Origin: Planctomycetota bacterium
GTDB taxonomy: Bacteria > Planctomycetota > UBA8742 > UBA2392
Length of the DNA: 64,000 nt
Assembly: GCA_019186845.1 (NCBI GenBank)
Contig: JABARW010000019.1
Coordinates: forward strand, 130,427-194,426
Reading direction: 5' to 3'
The notes under the pieces were generated by a model that searched no databases, was not told the DNA's origin, and saw only the letters and a program-made list of their open reading frames with translations. Numbering within the stretch: position 1 is the stretch's first letter; each line of letters begins with the position of its first letter. Positions 26,392-34,059 of the stretch are shown piece by piece. The translations under genes were made by a program, and so were the position numbers.

Positions 26392-28191
26392 ATGGCTGGC
26401 CCTGGCCCCATCCCCGATCCCCTGCGCGAGCGGCTGCTCCAGCAGCAGCGGCGCGTACGCGTTGTGCGCGTGACCTTCGCGTTGACCTTCGCGCTGGCCC
26501 TGGCCCTCTTTCTGGGCGCCGCTGTGGTGCAGACCTATTCGCCCACGTTGAGGCTGGCGGGCATCATACTGCTTGACGTCAAGGACCCCGCCGCGCCTGA
26601 CGCGCTGCTGATCGAAGAGAGCATTGAGAGCGTGCAACCGGAGATCTCGGGCACCTTCCGCCTCGGGCTGATGCGCGCGGGGCGCGTGACCCAGGGCTCC
26701 GAGTTTTCCGGCGTACCGGGTGCCTTGGCGCTCAAAGGCGAAAGCCGCGCGCTGGTCATCTTTGATGCCCACTATCTCGAGTACGACCTGCAGGGAGACC
26801 CCACCCAGGCCGGCTGGCCCAAGCTCGTCACGCGGGGCAACCTGGGCATCAACGAATCCAACGCTTCACCCGTCGTGGCCAGCCTGGACGGGGTGGACTG
26901 GCTGTGCTGGGTGCGCGGCACGGAGATCCGGCTGCGTCCCCTGACCGAAACGGAAGTAGAGCCCGCCCTGGTGCACTCCACGCTGCGGCGCGGCGCCAGC
27001 CTGGACCTCGTGGCGGCGGAGGGGCGGCTGTGGCTTACGGTGCTGGAAAAGACCTCGGGCCAGCTCAAGCTGATTTCGTTCAAGCCCCACCTGGGCGAGC
27101 GCCAGGCCGAGGCTCCCCGCGATTTGGACCGCGATGCGGTGCCGGAGAAGGAAGCGCCGGCGCCGGCCATGGTGCGCGTGGCGCAGATTGACGGGCTGAT
27201 CACCAGTGACGTGCGCAAGGAAGTGCGCACGGCCTCCCTCGCGATTCTTCAGGGCAAGCCCGTCATTGCACTTTCCATGCGCGAGAAAGAACGAACCCAG
27301 GACTCCTGGGAAGTCTGGCGCATGGACGACAGCCGCAACTGGATTGAGCAGCCCAAGCCCTCGTTCAAGTCCGCATCGCTGTTGAGCATGGCGGGTTACG
27401 TTTCGCTGTCAGCGCACGGCGGACACCTAGCCGCGCTATACAGTGACGGCGGCAGCATCAGGCTGAGCATGGCCCAGGCGGCGGACAAAGTCGTATTTGG
27501 CGAGGCCGTGGACCTCGACCTGGGTCGGGGGCGCGGCTTTGGACCCTTCGTGACCTGGCTTGTGGGTTTGCTGATTCTGGCCGTGCTCCTGGCGGCCCAG
27601 GGTGTATGGCTGCTGCTCAATCGCTCGCCGGAGCTGGACAAGACCCTGGCCAAGCTGCTGGAGAAGCCGGGCGAGGACAAGTCCAAGCCCAAGGGCGAGC
27701 CCCTGGTGCTGGCCAGCCAGTTGGGCCGGCTCTTTGCTCTGTTGATTGACCTGGCTGTGACCAGCCCGGCGGTGATTCTGCTCAAGTCGGTTTACGGCTA
27801 TGAGTGGAGCCAGGCCTACAGTTTCTTCATGCTTGGCAGTGTGGGCGCGCCCTGGCCCCACGTGCTGGAGGCCATGCAGGCCGGCCTGGTCACCTTGGCC
27901 ATCCTGGCACTCTACGGCATCCTGTGCGAGATGTTCTGGGGCAAGACCTTTGGCAAAGCCCTGCTGCATCTGCGCGTTGTAAACACGGACGGCGAAGAGC
28001 CGGCGGCCTGGCAGATCGTTTTGCGCAACCTCCTGCGCATCGTGGAGATGGCCCATTGGGCCCTGCTTTTCGTGCCCATTGCCATGATGGCGTTGACGGG
28101 CCGACAGCAGCGCCTGGGTGATTACCTGGCGCGCACCCTCGTGATCGTTGAAGTGGTGCCCGAAGACCAGGCCGACGACCTTGAAATCTAG
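26392..28191 (+). CDS. Membrane protein with N-terminal TM anchor, ~350-aa periplasmic domain and C-terminal RDD-family domain
   Basis: An N-terminal TM 'VTFALTFALALALFLGAAVV'. The C-terminus reads 'LFALLIDLAV...MFWGKTFGKALLHLRVVNTDGEEP...LRNLLRIVE', which is RDD-like. Confidence 0.55.
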   Translation: MAGPGPIPDPLRERLLQQQRRVRVVRVTFALTFALALALFLGAAVVQTYSPTLRLAGIILLDVKDPAAPDALLIEESIESVQPEISGTFRLGLMRAGRVTQGSEFSGVPGALALKGESRALVIFDAHYLEYDLQGDPTQAGWPKLVTRGNLGINESNASPVVASLDGVDWLCWVRGTEIRLRPLTETEVEPALVHSTLRRGASLDLVAAEGRLWLTVLEKTSGQLKLISFKPHLGERQAEAPRDLDRDAVPEKEAPAPAMVRVAQIDGLITSDVRKEVRTASLAILQGKPVIALSMREKERTQDSWEVWRMDDSRNWIEQPKPSFKSASLLSMAGYVSLSAHGGHLAALYSDGGSIRLSMAQAADKVVFGEAVDLDLGRGRGFGPFVTWLVGLLILAVLLAAQGVWLLLNRSPELDKTLAKLLEKPGEDKSKPKGEPLVLASQLGRLFALLIDLAVTSPAVILLKSVYGYEWSQAYSFFMLGSVGAPWPHVLEAMQAGLVTLAILALYGILCEMFWGKTFGKALLHLRVVNTDGEEPAAWQIVLRNLLRIVEMAHWALLFVPIAMMALTGRQQRLGDYLARTLVIVEVVPEDQADDLEI

Positions 28192-28193
28192 CC

Positions 28194-28616
28194 ATGGGCG
28201 CACCTCTCATCAGCGTTGGCCTGCCCCTGCTTCAGGCTGTGGTGCCTGAAGGCGGGGCCGTGGCGATTCCCCAGGAAATCACCGTCTCAACACCGGAAAT
28301 CCTGGCGAAGTTTTCCCTGATGTTTCTTTCAGTCCTGGCCGCCGGCGGCCTTCCCTGGCTTTTGCGCAATTCCTCGGCCCCGTTGCTGCGGCGTTTTCGC
28401 ATGGGGGCCGTTTACGCCCTGCTACCCGCGGTCATCGTCGGCACGGGGCTCGCCTCGGTGCTGACAGGAATTTCGCTCACGCGCATCAAGTTCGGCACGC
28501 TGTCGGAGTTCTGGCCCCTGCCCCTGACCATCTTCGCCCTGATTCTGGCCCTCGAGTCCGCCGGTGGCGTCCTGGGCGTAGTCGCCCGCGCCGGCGAGGG
28601 GGAACCCGCGCCATGA
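28194..28616 (+). CDS. Small multi-pass membrane protein
   Basis: A hydrophobic 140-aa ORF. It starts 3 nt after the upstream stop and overlaps the downstream start by 4 nt. Confidence 0.45.
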   Translation: MGAPLISVGLPLLQAVVPEGGAVAIPQEITVSTPEILAKFSLMFLSVLAAGGLPWLLRNSSAPLLRRFRMGAVYALLPAVIVGTGLASVLTGISLTRIKFGTLSEFWPLPLTIFALILALESAGGVLGVVARAGEGEPAP

Positions 28617-29407
28617 GCATTCGCCCCGCGGCCGTTGCCGGCACCTTCTTCAGCGCCGATCCCCGCAAACTTCGACGCCAGATCGAGGGCTGGCTGGGCA
28701 CGCCCGCCAGGCCCAAGGCCCGCGCCCTGGGTGTCATGGTTCCCCATGCGGGCTACATTTACTCCGGCGAGGTTTGCGCCCGCGCGCTCGCCAGTGTCGA
28801 GATTCCTCAGAGCGTCCTCATTCTGCACACCAAACACCAGGCCGGGGGCGCCATGCTCAGCCTGGCTACCTTCGACGCCTGGGAGACTCCCCTGGGCGAA
28901 GTGAACGCCGATGCTGAGCTGGCGGCCGCCCTGGGACGCGTTGAGGGCATCGTGGCGTCCAACGCGCCGCACACGCGTGAGCACGCGGCGGAGGTCGTCC
29001 TGCCCTTTCTGCGCCTGCTGCGCGAAGACTTGCGCATCGCCGTCATCAGCGTGGGGCCCCAGGACGCCGATACGCTGCAGGCCGTTGCGCGCGCCATGGC
29101 CCCGGCCCTTGCGCACACGTTGCTCGTGGCTTCCAGCGACATGAACCACTACGAAAGCCACGAAGTCACCCTGGCCAAGGACAACCTGGCGCTTGAACGC
29201 CTGGCTGCTTTTGACCCCGAAGGCCTGCTCAACGTTTGTGTCGATCACGACATATCCATGTGCGGCGCGGCTGCCACAGCCCTGATGCTGTTTGCGGCAC
29301 GCGAGCTTGGGGCGCGGCGGGTGGAGTTGCTCGAGCACACGACCAGCGGCCCGGCTTCGGGGGACTTTGATCAGGTGGTGGGCTATGCATCGGCGCGGGT
29401 GATGTAG
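28613..29407 (+). CDS. AmmeMemoRadiSam system protein B (MEMO1-like)
   Basis: 'MSIRPAAVAGTFFSADPRKLRRQIEGWL...RALGVMVPHAGYIYSGEVCA...SDMNHYES' matches the Memo/AMMECR1-partner family (PHAGYxYSG). Length 264 aa. Confidence 0.75.
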   Translation: MSIRPAAVAGTFFSADPRKLRRQIEGWLGTPARPKARALGVMVPHAGYIYSGEVCARALASVEIPQSVLILHTKHQAGGAMLSLATFDAWETPLGEVNADAELAAALGRVEGIVASNAPHTREHAAEVVLPFLRLLREDLRIAVISVGPQDADTLQAVARAMAPALAHTLLVASSDMNHYESHEVTLAKDNLALERLAAFDPEGLLNVCVDHDISMCGAAATALMLFAARELGARRVELLEHTTSGPASGDFDQVVGYASARVM

Positions 29408-29460
29408 GGCGCCGGGGCATTGGGCTCGCTATCATGTGATTTCTGACTCGCAGAGGTTCC

Positions 29461-31488
29461 ATGGGCCGCGCCACCTTCAGGAAGCTGCTGCTCGCCCTGC
29501 TCTCGCTGGCCGGGGTGCTGCACGTCAGCGGCTGCGGGCCCGAAGTGTTCATCGCCATGGCTTTTGCCTCGGACACTTCACCCTTTACCTCTGAATTCTG
29601 GGACATCTTTGAGCCCGCCCCCGACCCCGCCGTGCGTCTGGTCATGAGCCGTCAGCCCTCAACCAGCGCAGGCCCCGGCGCGGCATTCAGTGTGCAGCCG
29701 CAAGTCACCATCGTGCGCGAAGACGGTTCGCGCGTCGAGGACGACAACTCCACATGGGTCACGGCCACGATCGTGCCGGGCACGGGCACGGCGGGTGCCA
29801 CCCTTTCCGGGGCCACGACGATTCGTGCTTCGGGCGGCCGCGCCACGTTTACGAATCTCTCCATCGACCGGCCTGGCAATTCCTACCGCCTGGCCTTTAC
29901 CGCGCCCTCGCTTCTCTCAGCCACCAGCGAGTTCTTCAATGTGGGCAGCGGGATGACCACTGCCTCCATGGCCATTCTAACCCAGCCAGGCGGCGCCACC
30001 CCCGGCAACCCTCTGGCGCGCCAGCCCGTGATTGAGCTGCGCTCCATTTCCGGGGCCCGCCACACGCAGGATAACTACACGCAAGTGACGGCTTCGATCA
30101 CGACCGGCAGCGGCACCACCGGCGCCTCCCTGCTGGGCACCGTGACCGTGACGGCGCAGGCGGGGCTGGCCACCTTCTTGAATCTCGCCATTGATCTCGC
30201 GGGTGCGGCCTACTCGCTCACGTTCAGCGCCAACCCTGTGCTGCCTACGCGAGTCTCGGCATCCTTTGAAGTGTTGCAACTGGGACCGGGCAACGCACCC
30301 TTTGCGCCGGCCGCTCCCGTCGGCAGCGCTGTCTATTTCGTGGCGCCCTCGGGCAGCGACAGCAACCCCGGCACCTCGGCCCAGCCCTTTCGCACGCTGC
30401 AACCCGCCGCCAACCTGGCCCAGCCCGGCGATATCATCGAACTCGCCCCCGGCAGCTATCCCCGCGCCGTCATCACGATCACCGCTACCCTCGCCCAGCC
30501 GGTGGTGATCCGCGGCATTGGCGCAGTCTTTGACAGCGGCACCAGTGCCGCAGCGCCTGACGGTCTGCTCTTGAATAACTGCACCTATCTCACGCTGTAC
30601 GGCCTGCGCGTCCATAACGCTTTGGGCGCCGGCATTGCCTTGAACGGCGGCAGCTTTGTGGCGCTGCAGGCAGTAACCTGCGCCAATTGCGGAGGAGCCG
30701 GCGTCGCCGTTGATGTCGCAGCCGACGTCACCGTGGAGGGCGCCACGGCCTCGGGCTGCATGCAGGCCGGCATCGTCGTGACGGGCGGCAGCGATCGCAT
30801 TACCCTGCGGGGCAACTACTGCCACTTCAACGGCGCCCAGGGCATCGACCTGCGCGGCAGCGGGCAGGACAACATCAGCTCCAACAACCTGATTGCCCGT
30901 AACCTTTGTGTGGGTAACGCCCTGGCGGGACTGCGCCTGGGCTCCGTGCGCGACAGCGATGTGCTGAACAATCTTTTGCGCAACAATCAGGGCCACGGTA
31001 TCGAGCTTCGCGATGACGGGCTGGGCGCAGGCTTTGGCTCCGTCAACAACCGGCTGCTGCACAACACCGTGACCTTCGCGGCCTCTGAGGGCCTGTTTGC
31101 CTTGGCCCTGCTGGATGGCAGCAGCGGCAATACCGTCTCGCACAACCTGCTGGTGGGCGGCGCCCGGGGCGCCATTGCCTTCACTTCTAGCTCACTGGGG
31201 GGCCTGGCCGAGGATTTCAACGTGCTGCACAGCCTCAGCGCGTACTCACTGGCCGAAGAACCCCTGGTGGCCTCCTACAGCCTGACAGGCTGGCGCGGCC
31301 TTACGGGCGGCGCCGTGAACTCGCTGGATGCCGCGCCGCAGTTCACATCTGTTTCCACGGGCGACTACTCCCTGGCGGCCGGTTCTCCGGGAGTGGACAT
31401 CGGCGGCAGTACCAGCGCAAGCTCGACCTACGACGGCCAGGCACGCCCTCAGGGCGCGGCACGGGACGCCGGCTGCCACGAACGCTGA
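29461..31488 (+). CDS. Lipoprotein with Ig-like N-terminal region and right-handed parallel beta-helix repeats
   Basis: Lipobox 'LAGVLHVSGCG'. The central region has repeating 'NCTYLTLYGLRVHNALGAGIALNGGSF...CANCGGAGVAV...GNYCHFNGAQGIDL...NNLIARN..GN...NNLLRNNQGHGIEL', a pectin-lyase-fold repeat. Confidence 0.65.
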   Translation: MGRATFRKLLLALLSLAGVLHVSGCGPEVFIAMAFASDTSPFTSEFWDIFEPAPDPAVRLVMSRQPSTSAGPGAAFSVQPQVTIVREDGSRVEDDNSTWVTATIVPGTGTAGATLSGATTIRASGGRATFTNLSIDRPGNSYRLAFTAPSLLSATSEFFNVGSGMTTASMAILTQPGGATPGNPLARQPVIELRSISGARHTQDNYTQVTASITTGSGTTGASLLGTVTVTAQAGLATFLNLAIDLAGAAYSLTFSANPVLPTRVSASFEVLQLGPGNAPFAPAAPVGSAVYFVAPSGSDSNPGTSAQPFRTLQPAANLAQPGDIIELAPGSYPRAVITITATLAQPVVIRGIGAVFDSGTSAAAPDGLLLNNCTYLTLYGLRVHNALGAGIALNGGSFVALQAVTCANCGGAGVAVDVAADVTVEGATASGCMQAGIVVTGGSDRITLRGNYCHFNGAQGIDLRGSGQDNISSNNLIARNLCVGNALAGLRLGSVRDSDVLNNLLRNNQGHGIELRDDGLGAGFGSVNNRLLHNTVTFAASEGLFALALLDGSSGNTVSHNLLVGGARGAIAFTSSSLGGLAEDFNVLHSLSAYSLAEEPLVASYSLTGWRGLTGGAVNSLDAAPQFTSVSTGDYSLAAGSPGVDIGGSTSASSTYDGQARPQGAARDAGCHER

Positions 31489-31521
31489 TCGCGGCAGGCG
31501 CACCTCCAAAGGGTATTCGCG

Positions 31522-32349
31522 TCAGGGGTCTTCGGGGTCGGGGCCGGCGTTGAGCTGTTCGCTGAACAGCTCAACATCACGGCAGCGGCCCGTTGCTGTT
31601 TCCACGGTGAAGATGGCGCCGTTCATGCGTACCCACTCCTTGGCCACCTTCAGAAATCGCTGTTCGCCCGTCATGAATCGCTTGAGCACCATGTCTTTGT
31701 CGCGCCCGATCACGCCAAGATGGGGGCCCGTCATGCCCAGGTCGGTGATGTAGCCCGTTCCGCGCGGCAGCACCTGGGCATCGGAAGTCTGCACATGGGT
31801 GTGGGTACCAAAGACCCCGCTGACGCGGCCGTCGAGGTGCCAGCCCATGGCGACTTTCTCGCTCGTGGCCTCGGCGTGGACATCGACGAAGAGGATGGGC
31901 GTGGCCGCGCGCAGACGAAGCAGGTTGGGTTCGAGGGCGACGAAGGCGGGCTGGGTGTTCTGCGGCGCCTTCATGAACACGTGGCCGCATACGGAGAGCA
32001 CGCCGATCTTGAGCCCGGGTCGGGGCTCATACACATGTGCGCCGCGGCCCGGCAGGGGGTAGTTGAGAGGGCGGAGCAGGCGCGGCTCGCGCTCCAGGTA
32101 ATCGTTGATTTCCGGGTGGTCGACGATGTGGTCGCCGTTGGTCATGCAATCCACGCCGGCCGCGAGAATCTCGTCGGCTTCCTTAGGGCGGGTGCCGGCG
32201 CCGTTGGTGGCGTTCTCGACGTTGACGATGACGAAATCCAGCGCGCGCTCGGCGCGCAGTGCCTTGAGGCGCTCGCGCAGAATGCGGCGACCCGGGCGGC
32301 CCACCAGGTCGCCCAGCGCGAGGACACGAATGGTTTCAGGAAGGTTCAA
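31522..32349 (-). CDS. ymdB: YmdB-family metallophosphoesterase (TIGR00282)
   Basis: 'MNLPETIRVLALGDLVGRPGR...DFVIVNVENATNGAG...GDHIVDH...GTHTHVQTSDAQVLPRGTGYITDLGMTGP'. Length 275 aa. Confidence 0.8.
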   Translation of the reverse strand: MNLPETIRVLALGDLVGRPGRRILRERLKALRAERALDFVIVNVENATNGAGTRPKEADEILAAGVDCMTNGDHIVDHPEINDYLEREPRLLRPLNYPLPGRGAHVYEPRPGLKIGVLSVCGHVFMKAPQNTQPAFVALEPNLLRLRAATPILFVDVHAEATSEKVAMGWHLDGRVSGVFGTHTHVQTSDAQVLPRGTGYITDLGMTGPHLGVIGRDKDMVLKRFMTGEQRFLKVAKEWVRMNGAIFTVETATGRCRDVELFSEQLNAGPDPEDP

Positions 32350-32397
32350 GCGCTTGGCTTTCCAGGCGCAAGGCGCCCAATGGCGGCACGAACGTCT

Positions 32398-33213
32398 CTA
32401 GCGACGGGGCAGGTCAATTTCAGTTTCGTCGCTCTTGGTCGCGGTGCTGGTGTCGCCGTGGCTTGTCTCGCCGGATTCGGTCTTCTTGAGCCGGTCGGAC
32501 AGCTCCGGCGGCTTGTCGATGCGTTCTGTAGCGAGCACCAGGGGCACCTTCTCGACGCGTTCGGTCTCGATCATGCCCGGGGGTTTGGCCACTTTCTCCG
32601 TGGCAATGCCGCGCACTTCCATTTCTTCGCGCGAGACCTTGCGCGTGGCCTGGACCTCGGCGGCGATGGCCGCGGACATGGCGGCATCGGCGTCGGGGTT
32701 GTGAGTGGCGTTGGAGTCCAGGCGGCGGCTTTCGCCCTCGCCGTCGTCGGTGCCGCCGTGGGCGTATTCGGGCTTGAGGCCAAAGGTGCGCCCGGCATTG
32801 ATCAGCTTCAGGGGCGGCCCGGAATACTTGGCCGGCATTGCGAAGTGCTTGGGCGCAAAGGGCAGGTTGTCGTACAGGAGGCTGACCAGGGCGGCCTGCT
32901 CGGCGAAGTCCCAGTTCTCATCGACCTTGGACACGTACACGATGGGGTGCTTCTTGATTTCGGCGGCGCGGGTACGGATGAAGTGGCCCATGGCCGACTT
33001 CTGAAGATTGACCAGAAACTCGCGCAGGGGCTCGCCGCGGTGGGCGCCCAGCATGATGATCTCGCGCTTTGAGCAGGCAATGCCCTGGGGCGTCTTGTCC
33101 AGTTTGGCGCCGACGACAGCGTAAACGGTGGCCTTCAGCGCCATTTCCGGCGCTTCTGTCATGGGCTGCTTGAGCAGCCACCAGCCCTTCCAGTCAAGCG
33201 TGACCGTCTTCAA
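32398..33213 (-). CDS. Hypothetical protein with a conserved-looking N-terminal ~130 aa and an acidic disordered C-terminal tail
   Basis: A 271-aa ORF lying between ymdB and csrA on the same strand. No motif is recognised. Confidence 0.4.
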   Translation of the reverse strand: MKTVTLDWKGWWLLKQPMTEAPEMALKATVYAVVGAKLDKTPQGIACSKREIIMLGAHRGEPLREFLVNLQKSAMGHFIRTRAAEIKKHPIVYVSKVDENWDFAEQAALVSLLYDNLPFAPKHFAMPAKYSGPPLKLINAGRTFGLKPEYAHGGTDDGEGESRRLDSNATHNPDADAAMSAAIAAEVQATRKVSREEMEVRGIATEKVAKPPGMIETERVEKVPLVLATERIDKPPELSDRLKKTESGETSHGDTSTATKSDETEIDLPRR

Positions 33214-33246
33214 TTCCCGCCGTCTCCGCGAAGCGAAACGCTCAGT

Positions 33247-33513
33247 TTACGCAGGCTGGCCCGGCTTTCCACCCTCGCCCGGCTGCTTTTTGCCCATCAG
33301 CTTCGAAAGGTCGCCTACATGCTGGCTGTCAGCCCCGGCCGCTTTCAGGTTTTCCGCCTTGATGGCCTGAGCGATTTCCTTGCGGTGGACCGCGACGCGG
33401 GCGGGCGCGCTGATCCCCAGCCGCACCTTGTCTCCCGCAATGGCGACGATGGTGATTTCGATGTCATCGCCGATCACGATGGATTCGTTGACCTGCCGCG
33501 TCAGGACAAGCAT
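33247..33513 (-). CDS. csrA: Carbon storage regulator CsrA, FliW-partner type with extended C-terminus
   Basis: ATG at 33513 gives '[47 protein letters not shown]'. Length 88 aa. Confidence 0.9.
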   Translation of the reverse strand: MLVLTRQVNESIVIGDDIEITIVAIAGDKVRLGISAPARVAVHRKEIAQAIKAENLKAAGADSQHVGDLSKLMGKKQPGEGGKPGQPA

Positions 33514-33579
33514 GGCTGCTCCGCCGGGCTCAGGGGGCCGCGAAGGGGGCCCCTGACGGGCAGAGTGTAGCACGGCGGT

Positions 33580-34026
33580 TCAATCCGCGAACACCCGGAA
33601 GCGCGTGACAAATTCCGGACCTGCCAGCACCAGCTGGCGGGCGCGGCGCGTGGCGGGGTTGAAGACCAGCGGCCCCTGCAGGTTGGCCGTCATCAATGCG
33701 GGATTCTGGGGCACCACCAGAATCACGCGCACCTCGCCGGCCTCGGGTCCGGGCAGGCCCAGGAGGTCCAGTTCTTCGGGAGTCACGGGCACACGGTAAT
33801 CGTCCTTGAACAGCAGGGGGTTCATGATCAGGAAGGCCAGCTCCGGGTCTTCGCAGCTTTGCAGCCACTCCAGGGGCGTGCAGTCCGGGCCGGGCAAGCG
33901 CGCGTAGTCGTGCAGGTGCCCAAAGCCCAGTAGCCCCTCGCTGAAGTGAAAGATGCGGCTTTCGTCCACCTCGATGGCGCCAAAGCGCGCCGTCTTGATC
34001 TGCCTGGTTTCAAGGGTCGTGTTCAC
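33580..34026 (-). CDS. fliW: Flagellar assembly factor FliW
   Basis: 'IKTARFGAIEVDESRIFHFSEGLLGF...FLIMNP' in a 148-aa protein lying directly upstream of csrA, as in Bacillus. Confidence 0.8.
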   Translation of the reverse strand: MNTTLETRQIKTARFGAIEVDESRIFHFSEGLLGFGHLHDYARLPGPDCTPLEWLQSCEDPELAFLIMNPLLFKDDYRVPVTPEELDLLGLPGPEAGEVRVILVVPQNPALMTANLQGPLVFNPATRRARQLVLAGPEFVTRFRVFAD

Positions 34027-34059
34027 GGTGTCTTCTCCGGGGGCGGCCTGGCCGCGGGG

